A stretch of 64,000 nt of DNA, taken from Candidatus Iainarchaeum sp. Its GTDB lineage: Archaea; Iainarchaeota; Iainarchaeia; Iainarchaeales; JAGVWC01. Both the position numbers and the translations under genes were made by a program. Below are positions 1-9,200 of the stretch, piece by piece; position 1 is the stretch's first letter; each line of letters opens with the position of its first letter. The stretch lies in contig JAGVWC010000009.1 in assembly GCA_018304465.1 (NCBI GenBank), positions 96,001 through 160,000 of the forward strand, written 5' to 3'. The notes under the pieces were generated by a model that saw nothing but the letters and a program-made list of their open reading frames with translations, did not search any database and was not told the origin of the DNA.

Positions 1-1045
1 CGAAGTCAAGATGATTACGGGAGACCATCCTTTGACCGCGCTTGCGGTCGGAAAAGAACTGGGATTATGCCAGCGACCGGAAGACGTGATCACGGGAAGC
101 GAATTGGATTGCCTTTCGGGAAAATTATTGGAAGACGCTATTTTGAATAAACGGATTTTTGCGCGCGTAAACCCCGAACACAAGATGGTGATTGTCCAGG
201 TATTGCAAAAAAAAGGGTTTGTTGTGGGCATGACGGGCGACGGAATCAATGACGGACCCGCGTTAAAGCAAGCCGATGTCGGGTTTGCCATGGGCATCAC
301 CGGAACCGACGTGGCCAAGGAATCCGCCCAGATCGTTTTGGCCGACGACAATTTCGCGACGATTGTCACGGGAATCGAGGAAGGACGCCGGATTTATTCG
401 AATATTCGCGGGTTCATGAAATATTTGTTCGCGGCAAACCTCGGCGAAATCCTCATTATTTCGTTGGCGATTCTGCTTGATTTTCGGTTTCTTCCCTTGG
501 TGGCCATCCAGATTCTTTGGTTAAACCTTGCAACCGACGGGCTTCCGGCTTTGGCGTTGGGCGCCGAAAAAGGCGATCAGGACGTCATGGACAAAAAACC
601 GCGTCGCCCCACCGAAGGATTGTTGCATGGATTGGAATCGTTTATTCTGGTGGCTGGAGTCATCAGCGCGATCATGGTGCTGGGCGTGTTTTCGTGGGGA
701 ATCAACGAAGGGTTGTCCTTGGAAAAAGCGCGTACCTTGGCGTTTAACATGCTGGTGTTGTTCGAACTCGTGCTGGTGTTTAATTGCCGGAGCGAAGAAA
801 AAACAATGCTTGAAAAGCCTTTTTGGACGAATCGAAAACTGATGGTGGCCGTGGTGGCATCGGGTTTGCTGCAGGTAATGATCACCCAGATTGATTGGTT
901 CCACCCGATTTTTGAGACAACGGATTTGGCGGTTGCGGAATGGATCGGACTTGGACTATTGTCTTTTTCGGCGATCGTGGTGCCCTATTTGGCCCGCGGA
1001 TTAAACGGTTGGATATCCAAATTCAGACCGGAACGGAGCGGATAA
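1..1045 (+). CDS. P-type IIA (Ca2+-type) cation-transporting ATPase, C-terminal part (5' end outside window)
   Basis: MITGD, FARVNPEHK, MTGDGINDGPALKQADVG hinge, DDNFATIV and QILWLNLATDGLPALALG (TM6) motifs; several C-terminal TM helices. Confidence 0.95.
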   Translation, partial: EVKMITGDHPLTALAVGKELGLCQRPEDVITGSELDCLSGKLLEDAILNKRIFARVNPEHKMVIVQVLQKKGFVVGMTGDGINDGPALKQADVGFAMGITGTDVAKESAQIVLADDNFATIVTGIEEGRRIYSNIRGFMKYLFAANLGEILIISLAILLDFRFLPLVAIQILWLNLATDGLPALALGAEKGDQDVMDKKPRRPTEGLLHGLESFILVAGVISAIMVLGVFSWGINEGLSLEKARTLAFNMLVLFELVLVFNCRSEEKTMLEKPFWTNRKLMVAVVASGLLQVMITQIDWFHPIFETTDLAVAEWIGLGLLSFSAIVVPYLARGLNGWISKFRPERSG

Positions 1046-1047
1046 GA

Positions 1048-1458
1048 ATGCAGGAATTGGAGGGAACGGTTGTTTCCGGAGCGGAGCGCGCCCAAGAATT
1101 GATTTCAAAACCAGGGTATCGGGTGCAGCTTCGCAGAATGCTCGGCATTGATATTTTTCCGGGAACATTGAATCTGGAAGTCGACGAAGAGGAACGCGAA
1201 TCGTTTTTGGCGCAGATTCGCGGGTTTGAAATCACGGGGTTTAGCGAAGAGGAAAACGAATTCGGAATGTTGTTTGTGTATCCCGTGTTTTTCGAAAACG
1301 GTCAAAAAGGCGGAGTCATTGTTCCGGAAAAAGCCGAACACGGTTCGGAAATCATCGAAATCGTTGCCGCGGATAATTTGCGAAAAAAATTCGGTTTAAG
1401 CGACGGAAGTTCGTTTCGGATTTTTGCGGGCGACTACGTGTATCCCGAAAAAACCTAG
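1048..1458 (+). CDS. ribK: CTP-dependent riboflavin kinase family protein (DUF120), standalone
   Basis: GTVVSG, FPGTLNL, IVPEKAEH..IIEIVA..NLRKKFGLSDG match the archaeal RibK pattern; ATG at 1048 lies just after the ATPase stop. Confidence 0.8.
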   Translation: MQELEGTVVSGAERAQELISKPGYRVQLRRMLGIDIFPGTLNLEVDEEERESFLAQIRGFEITGFSEEENEFGMLFVYPVFFENGQKGGVIVPEKAEHGSEIIEIVAADNLRKKFGLSDGSSFRIFAGDYVYPEKT

Positions 1459-1518
1459 CGGTTCGTTGATCGCCGGTGAATCGCTTTTTTTTAAACGTCT
1501 TGGGTCTTTTCTTCGAAG

Positions 1519-2976
1519 ATGACAAAAAAGGAAGCGCCAATGGATTCCAAAGGCGTTTTAGGCTGGCATTTTTGTCCGGTGCAAGACCCGGATATCGCCA
1601 AAGTAGTGGTTTCAAGCGACTTGTTTTCGATCGTTGAATTGCGGAATGAAAAACGCGTGTACGTGATCGCTTTTCCGACGCTTTCAAAAGACGAAGAACA
1701 ATTGGTTTTGGAAGTGTTGGTTTCTTTTCAGACGCAATCGGATACGAGTCGTTTTGACGCCGAGGATTTTCGGGTTTTTTTCGATTCGTTCTGCGAAGAA
1801 CGATTCCTAGACTTGGAGTCCGCGCAATCAGAGTACTTGTTTCGGTTGCTGTATTGTTTGGCATTTTTAGCCGGACCGCTCCAGTTTTTGTTGGAAAACA
1901 AAAACCTTGAAGAAATCGCGGTGTGCGGCGTTGAAAGGTCCACTCCGGTTCGGGTTTTTGACCGTGATTTCGGATGGCTCGAAACCAACCTGGTTATTTT
2001 TTCACCAGAGCTGTTTCGGAATCTGGTGAACCGGATTGTCCGAAAAACCGGGCGAAGGCTTTCGCTTAAAACCCCGCGCATCAACGCGGTGCTCGAAGAC
2101 GGTTCGCGAATTCATGCGGCCATGGAACCGGTTTCTTTTTCGGGCCCGACCTTGACGATTCGAAAGTTTCGCGAACGCCCTTTTTCCCCGTTGGAATTGA
2201 TCCGCTTTGGAACCCTCAGTTCGGAAATGGCCGCGTTTCTTTGGATGGCGTTTTTGACGGATTGTTCGGTTTTGTTGTGCGGAAACACGGGTAGTGGAAA
2301 AACAAGTTCGTTAAACGCGTTTTTTTGTTTTGTTCCGGAAAAAGAACGCGTGATTTCGGTGGAAGAAACCCCGGAATTGAAGTTGTCGCATCCGCATTGG
2401 ATTCGTTTGACTACCAGCGAAGAAGCCGGTATTTCGATGCGGTCCCTTATTTTGGATTCGCTTCGCATGCGGCCGGACCGCATTGTAGTGGGAGAAATCC
2501 GGAGCAAAGGGGAAGTCAAGGCGTTTTTGGACACGTTGCTTGCGGGACAAGGAAAAGGATCCATGGCCACGTTTCACGCGCAATCCGGCAAGGAAGCGTT
2601 GGTTCGAATGAGATCGTACGGAGTGCTCGAAATGGATTTGGCGTCGATCGATTTGATCGTGGTGCAGCGGCGGTTTTCCCGGGTAGACCCGGCAACGCTG
2701 CGGCAAACGGAAGAACGCAGAATCGTCGAGATCAGCGAAGTGGATTGGAACGGAAGCGGCGTGGAATTACGCAAATTATTCGAATTCGATTTTGGGTTGC
2801 GGCAGTTCAAGCGGGTGAATCAAAGCATTCGGTTGGCGGCCAAGATGGTTCACACCTTTGGAGTAAATCCGTTGGGGTTAGAGCAGCTGTTGGCCAAACG
2901 CAGGTTAGATCTCGAAGAACGAGTGATTAAGGAAACCGATTGGGGGGTCAAAGAAAAATGGATTCGGGAATCCTAA
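1519..2976 (+). CDS. TadA/CpaF/VirB11-family type IV pilus assembly ATPase
   Basis: Walker A GNTGSGKT, Asp box VEETPEL, LRMRPDRIVVGEIR (Walker B), TFHA His box, LTIRKF; start codon uncertain. Confidence 0.93.
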   Translation: MTKKEAPMDSKGVLGWHFCPVQDPDIAKVVVSSDLFSIVELRNEKRVYVIAFPTLSKDEEQLVLEVLVSFQTQSDTSRFDAEDFRVFFDSFCEERFLDLESAQSEYLFRLLYCLAFLAGPLQFLLENKNLEEIAVCGVERSTPVRVFDRDFGWLETNLVIFSPELFRNLVNRIVRKTGRRLSLKTPRINAVLEDGSRIHAAMEPVSFSGPTLTIRKFRERPFSPLELIRFGTLSSEMAAFLWMAFLTDCSVLLCGNTGSGKTSSLNAFFCFVPEKERVISVEETPELKLSHPHWIRLTTSEEAGISMRSLILDSLRMRPDRIVVGEIRSKGEVKAFLDTLLAGQGKGSMATFHAQSGKEALVRMRSYGVLEMDLASIDLIVVQRRFSRVDPATLRQTEERRIVEISEVDWNGSGVELRKLFEFDFGLRQFKRVNQSIRLAAKMVHTFGVNPLGLEQLLAKRRLDLEERVIKETDWGVKEKWIRES

Positions 2977-3788
2977 GCCAACAGTGGGCGGAATTTGAAA
3001 AATCCCTTTCAAAACGGCTGGAGTTATCAGGAAAAAAAGAAACCGCGATTTTTTTCGTGAAAAAAAAGTTTGTGGAACGGTTGTGGGTGCTGGGGGCCGT
3101 TTGGATTTTGTACGCGGTTTTTTTTTTGGATCTCGTGGCAGGATTTGGGGTCGGAGCGATCGTTTTTTTGGGTTGGTTTTTTGCGGGAATCAACGCGCCT
3201 TTTTCGGATTTGACGCGAAAAACCGAACAGTTTGAAAAAGAGTTGCCGTTGGCGTTGATGGCGTTAAGCGTGGAACTCAATATTGGAATTCCGTTTGAAC
3301 GCGGTTTGGCTGACATCGCGCGGTCCGGATATGGCCGGACAAGCGCCGAGTTCAAGACGGTTTTTGACGAAGTGGCCAAAAAAGGAAGCAGCGTGTCGGA
3401 GTCGCTGCAGCATTTGTCGGATCGGCTCGAGTCGCGGCAAGTCCGGCGCGTGGTCCTGGCCTTGATCAACGCGTATGAACAAGGGTCTCGCAAGGAAGCG
3501 GGATTGGCCGTGCGACGAATCGGGTTGGAACTGTTGTCGGAACAGCGGATAAAAGCGCGGGAATTCGGATCCAAGCTCGCGGTTTTTTCCCTGGTGTTCA
3601 TCACGGTTTCGGCGATCGCGCCGGCGTTGTTCCAGAGTTTCGTGATTGTCGGAGGGTTGTTTTTGGATTTTGATTTTTCGCCGCTACAGGTGTTGCTCGC
3701 GATCACGGTCGGGTTTCCGGCGCTGGATCTGGGCGTATTGGGATTGATTCGAAATCAAACACCGGTTTTTTTGCGGGATTGGAAATAA
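2958..3788 (+). CDS. TadB/TadC-like (T2SS-F domain) pilus platform membrane protein
   Basis: ELPLAL..LSVELNIG..GYG..SAEF..G.S..ESL pattern, TM helices at both ends, overlaps the ATPase stop. Confidence 0.85.
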   Translation: MDSGILSQQWAEFEKSLSKRLELSGKKETAIFFVKKKFVERLWVLGAVWILYAVFFLDLVAGFGVGAIVFLGWFFAGINAPFSDLTRKTEQFEKELPLALMALSVELNIGIPFERGLADIARSGYGRTSAEFKTVFDEVAKKGSSVSESLQHLSDRLESRQVRRVVLALINAYEQGSRKEAGLAVRRIGLELLSEQRIKAREFGSKLAVFSLVFITVSAIAPALFQSFVIVGGLFLDFDFSPLQVLLAITVGFPALDLGVLGLIRNQTPVFLRDWK

Positions 3789-3797
3789 AGGAGGGAA

Positions 3798-4700
3798 GTG
3801 ACGGTGGATAGCCGGATCGTGACGCGGAAATTGGAAACGCTTTTGGTCGCGTGCGAATCGCCTCAAACCGCGGGGGTTTTTTTGGACCGGTCTATTCGAG
3901 AAGGCGCCGCAGCCGCGGCGGCGGGAGTCGTCGCGCTGTGGGTCCTGCAAACCCCTATGTTCTACATAACTTGCGCGGGCGCGGGGCTTTTTTTCCTCCC
4001 CGCTTTTTTTCGGTTCTTGTTTCTTTTGGTTGAATCCGATCGGCGTCGAAAACAACGAGAAGAAATGGTGCCGGATTTGTTGTTGCAGGCCAGTGTGTTT
4101 CCGCCGGGCACTCCCATCATGAAATTGATTTCGTATTGTGCGCGCTCGGATTTTGGGTTTCTTGGAGCCGAGTTTTTCCGGGCGGTCACCGAAATCGAGC
4201 GCGGTGCTTCGGTGGAATCAGCGTTAGGCGCGGTTTCCAGGCGTTGCAAAAGCCCCAGCGTGGATCGCGCGGTTCATTTGATCGTGCTTGGGTATTCCAC
4301 CGGATGCGACTTGTCGGAGACGTTTCGCCAGACCGCGGAAGACCTCTTGGAGACCCAAAGCATTCTTCGCGAGCGAAGTGCGTTGTTGTGGGTGGAAAAA
4401 TACACGATCTTGGTTGCGGGCGGCGTTGTGGTGCCGGTCGTATTGGGTTTGCTTTCCGGGTTGTCCGCGGACCTGGATGTCTCGGCGTTTAGTACCCTTG
4501 AAATCGGAGCCAGTAGCGTGGATCGAAAAAGCCTTTCCGAAATGGCGGGAATTGGAACCTGGATTTATTTGATTGAATACGGGGTTTTGGCGAGTTTTTT
4601 TGTGGCCATTCAGGAAGGCCGCTGGAAACGAGGCGTGTTGTACGCCGCGGTCCTGGTTCCGTTGGGTTTGGCGGGTTTTTGGCTGGCCGCGGGATGGTAA
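3798..4700 (+). CDS. TadC-like (T2SS-F domain) pilus platform membrane protein
   Basis: VPDLLLQAS..DFGFLGAEF..EIERGASVESAL; multiple TM helices; GTG start preceded by GGAGGG. Confidence 0.85.
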   Translation: MTVDSRIVTRKLETLLVACESPQTAGVFLDRSIREGAAAAAAGVVALWVLQTPMFYITCAGAGLFFLPAFFRFLFLLVESDRRRKQREEMVPDLLLQASVFPPGTPIMKLISYCARSDFGFLGAEFFRAVTEIERGASVESALGAVSRRCKSPSVDRAVHLIVLGYSTGCDLSETFRQTAEDLLETQSILRERSALLWVEKYTILVAGGVVVPVVLGLLSGLSADLDVSAFSTLEIGASSVDRKSLSEMAGIGTWIYLIEYGVLASFFVAIQEGRWKRGVLYAAVLVPLGLAGFWLAAGW

Positions 4701-4724
4701 GGATACAGCGGAAAAAAGGCGTGG

Positions 4725-4733
4725 TTTTATAAA
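4725..4733 (+). promoter_or_regulatory. Archaeal TATA box for the PAC2 gene
   Basis: TTTTATAAA about 27 nt upstream of the ATG at 4760. Confidence 0.55.
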
Positions 4734-4759
4734 GAATTAAATCGTTTTTTAGTTGGTGC

Positions 4760-5512
4760 ATGAAAATGGAACATTCGTCGATTGAATTTGTGGAATGGAA
4801 CAAGAAAAACCTCGCGGGATACACCTTGATAGAAGGGTTTCCGGGTCTTGGGCTTGTTGGAACGATTGCCGCCAAGTATGTGGTTGAAAAAGGCGGTTTT
4901 GAGGAATTAGGAGTCATTGAATCCGACGGGTTTTCCTCCATTATCCGGGTGCATGACGGCATGCCGGTGTTTCCTTCGCGTATTTACGTGAACGACAAAC
5001 AAAAACTCGTCGTGTTGATTTCGGAACAAATTATTCCCAAACAATTAACCCCGAAATTGGCCAAGAAAACGGTGCAATGGATCAAATCCAAGGGAATCAA
5101 ACGCGCCATTTCGCTTGCGGGCATCAATACCGGTGATCCAAAAGACCAGAATATTTATGGAATCGCGGACAACATTCAGTCCAAGCAAATGCTGGAAAAA
5201 AACGGGGTGCTCATGATCAAGGAAGGAATCACGACCGGTGTTACGGCGTTGATCCTGTTGGAGCTTCAAAAAGAAACTGCGATTGAAGCCATGTCGCTCA
5301 TGGGACCGGTGTCGATTGGCGCGGATTACAAAGCCGCGGCGAAACTCCTTGAAAAACTCAATACCGTGCTTGGATTAAACATCGATGTCAAACCGTTGTT
5401 GGCGGAAGCCAAAAAAACCGAAAGAGAAATCTTGGATCATTTGCAGAAAGTCAAGGAAACCGGCGAAACCATTCAGGAACTCGAAGACAAGACCACGACA
5501 ATGTATGCGTAA
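4760..5512 (+). CDS. PAC2-family proteasome assembly chaperone (PbaA/PbaB-like)
   Basis: LIEGFPGLGLVGTIAA N-terminal motif, GITTGVTALIL, DYKAAAKLL..IDVKPLL..A; C-terminal MYA resembles an HbYX motif. Confidence 0.9.
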   Translation: MKMEHSSIEFVEWNKKNLAGYTLIEGFPGLGLVGTIAAKYVVEKGGFEELGVIESDGFSSIIRVHDGMPVFPSRIYVNDKQKLVVLISEQIIPKQLTPKLAKKTVQWIKSKGIKRAISLAGINTGDPKDQNIYGIADNIQSKQMLEKNGVLMIKEGITTGVTALILLELQKETAIEAMSLMGPVSIGADYKAAAKLLEKLNTVLGLNIDVKPLLAEAKKTEREILDHLQKVKETGETIQELEDKTTTMYA

Positions 5513-5521
5513 GGCGAAAAA

Positions 5522-6247
5522 ATGGCAAACGCAAGAAGACCCAGTCGACGACGCGGTTCTCCGCAGCATTCCGCGGGAAGCATCGAGGATTATCCGACAG
5601 GAGAAGATCGAAGGGCCAAGCGCACACCGTGGGCCATGGAACCGGAACCCGGCGAATTGACGCCGGCGCAACGGCAGTCGTACGAGAAAATCATAAAGGA
5701 CCGCACGGTTCTCCGGGAGCGAATCAACGATGAATTACGCGAACGCCAGGCCAAGGCGTTTCGTCTGGCCACATGGAGTTCGCCGCTTCGAACCTACGCG
5801 TATCCGGATAACCCGTTTTCCTGGAAAAAATTCAATATTTTCGGGGAAAAATTTGAACGCGTGTGGGGTCCGGCGCGGGCGACCGTTTTTTTGGTATCGC
5901 TTCCGTTTCGTTTGGCGTGGTTTCCGATTTCGTTGGGTTCAAGGTTTGCCGCGCGGGCGATTGCCAAGTATCAGATCACTTCCTCGCATGTAAAGGAACG
6001 GGCGATTGAAGTGGCCAACAGTGAAAAAGTCAGCATGCGAAGAGCAAAGGAAATGGTCAGAGCCAAAGACGCGAAAAGTCGGGAAGACCGAAAATCCACC
6101 GCGTTCCAGGCGGCCATGAAAGCCGATACCTGGACGGAGCAAGGAATCAAGTACGGCGACGCGGTCGAGCAACTGAAAAGGGACAAGTTGCGGAAAATCA
6201 AAACGTTGCGGAACAAAGCCCTTGGCCGAGACAAAAAAACGGCCTGA
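5522..6247 (+). CDS. Hypothetical basic protein
   Basis: 241-aa ORF 9 nt after PAC2; Arg/Lys-rich with one central hydrophobic segment; no family recognised. Confidence 0.65.
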   Translation: MANARRPSRRRGSPQHSAGSIEDYPTGEDRRAKRTPWAMEPEPGELTPAQRQSYEKIIKDRTVLRERINDELRERQAKAFRLATWSSPLRTYAYPDNPFSWKKFNIFGEKFERVWGPARATVFLVSLPFRLAWFPISLGSRFAARAIAKYQITSSHVKERAIEVANSEKVSMRRAKEMVRAKDAKSREDRKSTAFQAAMKADTWTEQGIKYGDAVEQLKRDKLRKIKTLRNKALGRDKKTA

Positions 6248-6252
6248 TTTTT

Positions 6253-9200
6253 TTATTCGAATTCTTTGAATCGAATCGCGATGATGGTTCCGATGAGCGC
6301 GAGCACGAACAATAACAATACCACGGGGTTCGTGGGAAGCGACGGAAGATTGAATCCAAGTCCGTCGTTTCCGCCGACGTTCAGATTCAAAACGTTTCCG
6401 CTGGCTTGACTGGTCACGCGTCCGTCCGCACCGGCTTGGGTTGAGATCCCGTTTTTCTTGAAGGCTTCAAGCAACGGCAGTAATTGGGCGTTTTCGGTAT
6501 ACCACAGGCCTTTGTCCGGATCGTACCAGAACGCGCCGTTTTCGCCTTGGGCGCTGGTCAGGGTTTCGGGTCGGCCGTTATAAGATAAAATCGGTCGGCC
6601 ATTCTCCGAGCTGAAATCAAGCGCGTGTTCTTTTCCGTCCGCGGTCGTGATTTTGACGCCGGTCGGGGTTTGTTCGATGGATTTGATGGGTTGGTCCACG
6701 AGGGTTTCTCCCGTGGCTTTGTCAATGACTTTGAAGTACGGTACACAGGCCCCATTTTCGAGTTTGCTGTACAAAACGAATCGTTTGCTGGGCGTGTCGA
6801 AGATTTTGTAGGGACCCATTTTGTCAAGACTGTCGTTGAACAAACCCGCTTTGTATTGCGAGGTTTCGTTGTTTGAGTTTCCGGTGACGTCGAGGTTTAG
6901 CGCGGGTTCTTCACAACCGGTTTCGGGATTCGGCGAACTGGTTTTGGTGGCTTTGAGGCCCGTTACGTCGTTTTGCGTCAGAATCGCTTTTTCGTTTCGC
7001 TTGAGCCAGACAATGAGTTCGTTGGTTTCGGGTTTGTAAACGATGACGCCGTTTCGGAATTGAATGCTTTGCAGGTGACCCACGTCAGGTGTTCCGCCGA
7101 GGGTCGGCGTCATGATGGCAAACGTGTTCGCGAGTATTTCTACTTTGGCCGAACCGCCTTCCGCGATTTTTCGGGGGTTTCCTTCGGCAACGATGCGTCG
7201 CGCGCCGGGTTCGGGGTGAATATTCGGATGCGTGTCCGTGACAATGGCTTCGGTTGGACCGAATACTTCGGTTAAGTGTTCGGAATTAAGCGGAACTCCG
7301 GTTTGGGCCAGAACGCCGCTTTTGATGCAGTCCAATACTTCGCGATTAAGCACGATCAAGTCGCCTTGGGCGTCCATCAGGAAAATGACTTCGTTGGAGT
7401 TCGCAGGCAAACCGATTTTGGTGAGCGTGTTCGGGTATTCATACGCGGGAATCTGCAGGTTTTCCGCGGGTAAACGGGCGATGTCGGGGTTCGTGATTAC
7501 GTCTTTTCCGTTCACGCGGACTTTTCCGTCTTTGAAATTGTTTTCAATCGTGGTGTTGCCGTCCGAAATGAGTTCTTTTCCTTCGGTTCGGTATTTGGAC
7601 ACGTTGGTTTCCGCGTTGCCCTGGGTCCACAGATAAAACAAGTGCATTCCCGTGAATTGACCCGTGTTGCTTCCTTCGCTGACAATCACGGCTTCCACCA
7701 GGTCTTTGGTTTCCGCGTTTTGCACGAGCGATTCAATGCGGTCGCGCATGTCTTCTGTTGCTTCGCTGGCCCAGGTGCCGGAACCGTCGTTGGTGGGGGG
7801 TTGCGGTAGTCGACCATCAGGCGTGTTGTTTTGCGGATACGTCGTGTCGCGGCCTTGCAGGCTGTCGAGCACGCGGTCGGTTCCGTCTTTGAGGATGTTT
7901 GCGACTTTGTCGGTTCCGAGTTCGCCGTTTGCTTCCTTGCCTTTTTCCTTGTCGGGTGCCGGCGAAAAGAAATGAATGAAATATCCTTCCTGGGCATCCA
8001 CGCAGTCCTGTAGTTGCGGCGCGATGAGTACTTGCTGTACGATGCTGCCCAAAAAACCGGCCCAGGTAAAGAGCATGTAACCGATGTTTTCCCCGAACGC
8101 AAGGGCTCCGCCAATCGATGCGTCACCGGGTAAAAGGCTTCCGATAATTGGAATGTTCGCGTTTAGGGCTTTGACTTTTTCTTCGCAGGTTTCTTTTTTG
8201 CGGATCGCTTCTTCGAGATTGATACCGCCTTCTTCGATGTCACCGGTTTGTCCTTTTAGGTTGGTGTGACGCGTGAAAGCGATCAGGGTTTGTCCGACGT
8301 CTTTTTGGTCGGCGGGCGTGTCTTCAAGAATGAATGTTTGCAACCGGTCTGGAGCCGTGAAATACGGCGCGAAGGTTTTGAGGTTTTTCGTGGACAAGGT
8401 GATGCCGCAGTTGGGACAATCCGAGGGACCGGAAACATACGTGACGAGGTTTCCGGTTTCGCTGCGCATTTCGTTGTTGGTCAAAGACTGGAACAAGTCG
8501 TTGGCGGGATTGTAGCTTTCGGAGAGTTTGTTTAGGACCATTTTCCAGGGAAGTTTGTTCAAAAACAAAACGAAGATGTCGCCTTGGTCGCTTCCTTCGT
8601 TGGCGAAGAATTCGACGAACGCGTCGTTGTAGATCTGGGTCGAGCCCAACGTGATTTCCAGTGTTTTCCACGTATCGGGCAGTTGATAAAGCGACAAGTC
8701 TTCGCTTCCGAATCCGCGTTTGAATCCCCAGAACGCGAACGGGTACGCGGTCCATTTGGCGCCGCCTTTGGGGGAAAGATACGCTTTGATGATCTGGTCT
8801 TCGTATGCCATGGATTGATCCAAAAGACTCGCGTAGTGTTTTCGAAATTGCCAGTTGTGTTCACGCGCCCATTGGAGCATGGTGTCCGAGTTTCGCGACC
8901 AGGCGCCCGTTCTCCAGGAAACACGGGGCCCTAACAGAATGTCGGACATTTCTTGGGCGGATATTTCGCGGACTTTTTCGTAGCCGCCGCCGAACAATTG
9001 CACGTCTCCCGCGGTTTTCTTTATGATATATTTGACGTTTTGCGGCTGGAAGGGAACCATGGTTCCGTCATCGAGTTTGGCGAAAGCGCCCGCGTGCAGT
9101 CCGTGACTGGCAGCGCCTTCAATGTCCGCCCGTCCGACTTGCGCAAGCATGTTTCCTTTCGGAGTAGGCGAATACAGCACGAGTTTGTCGCCGACGTGTT

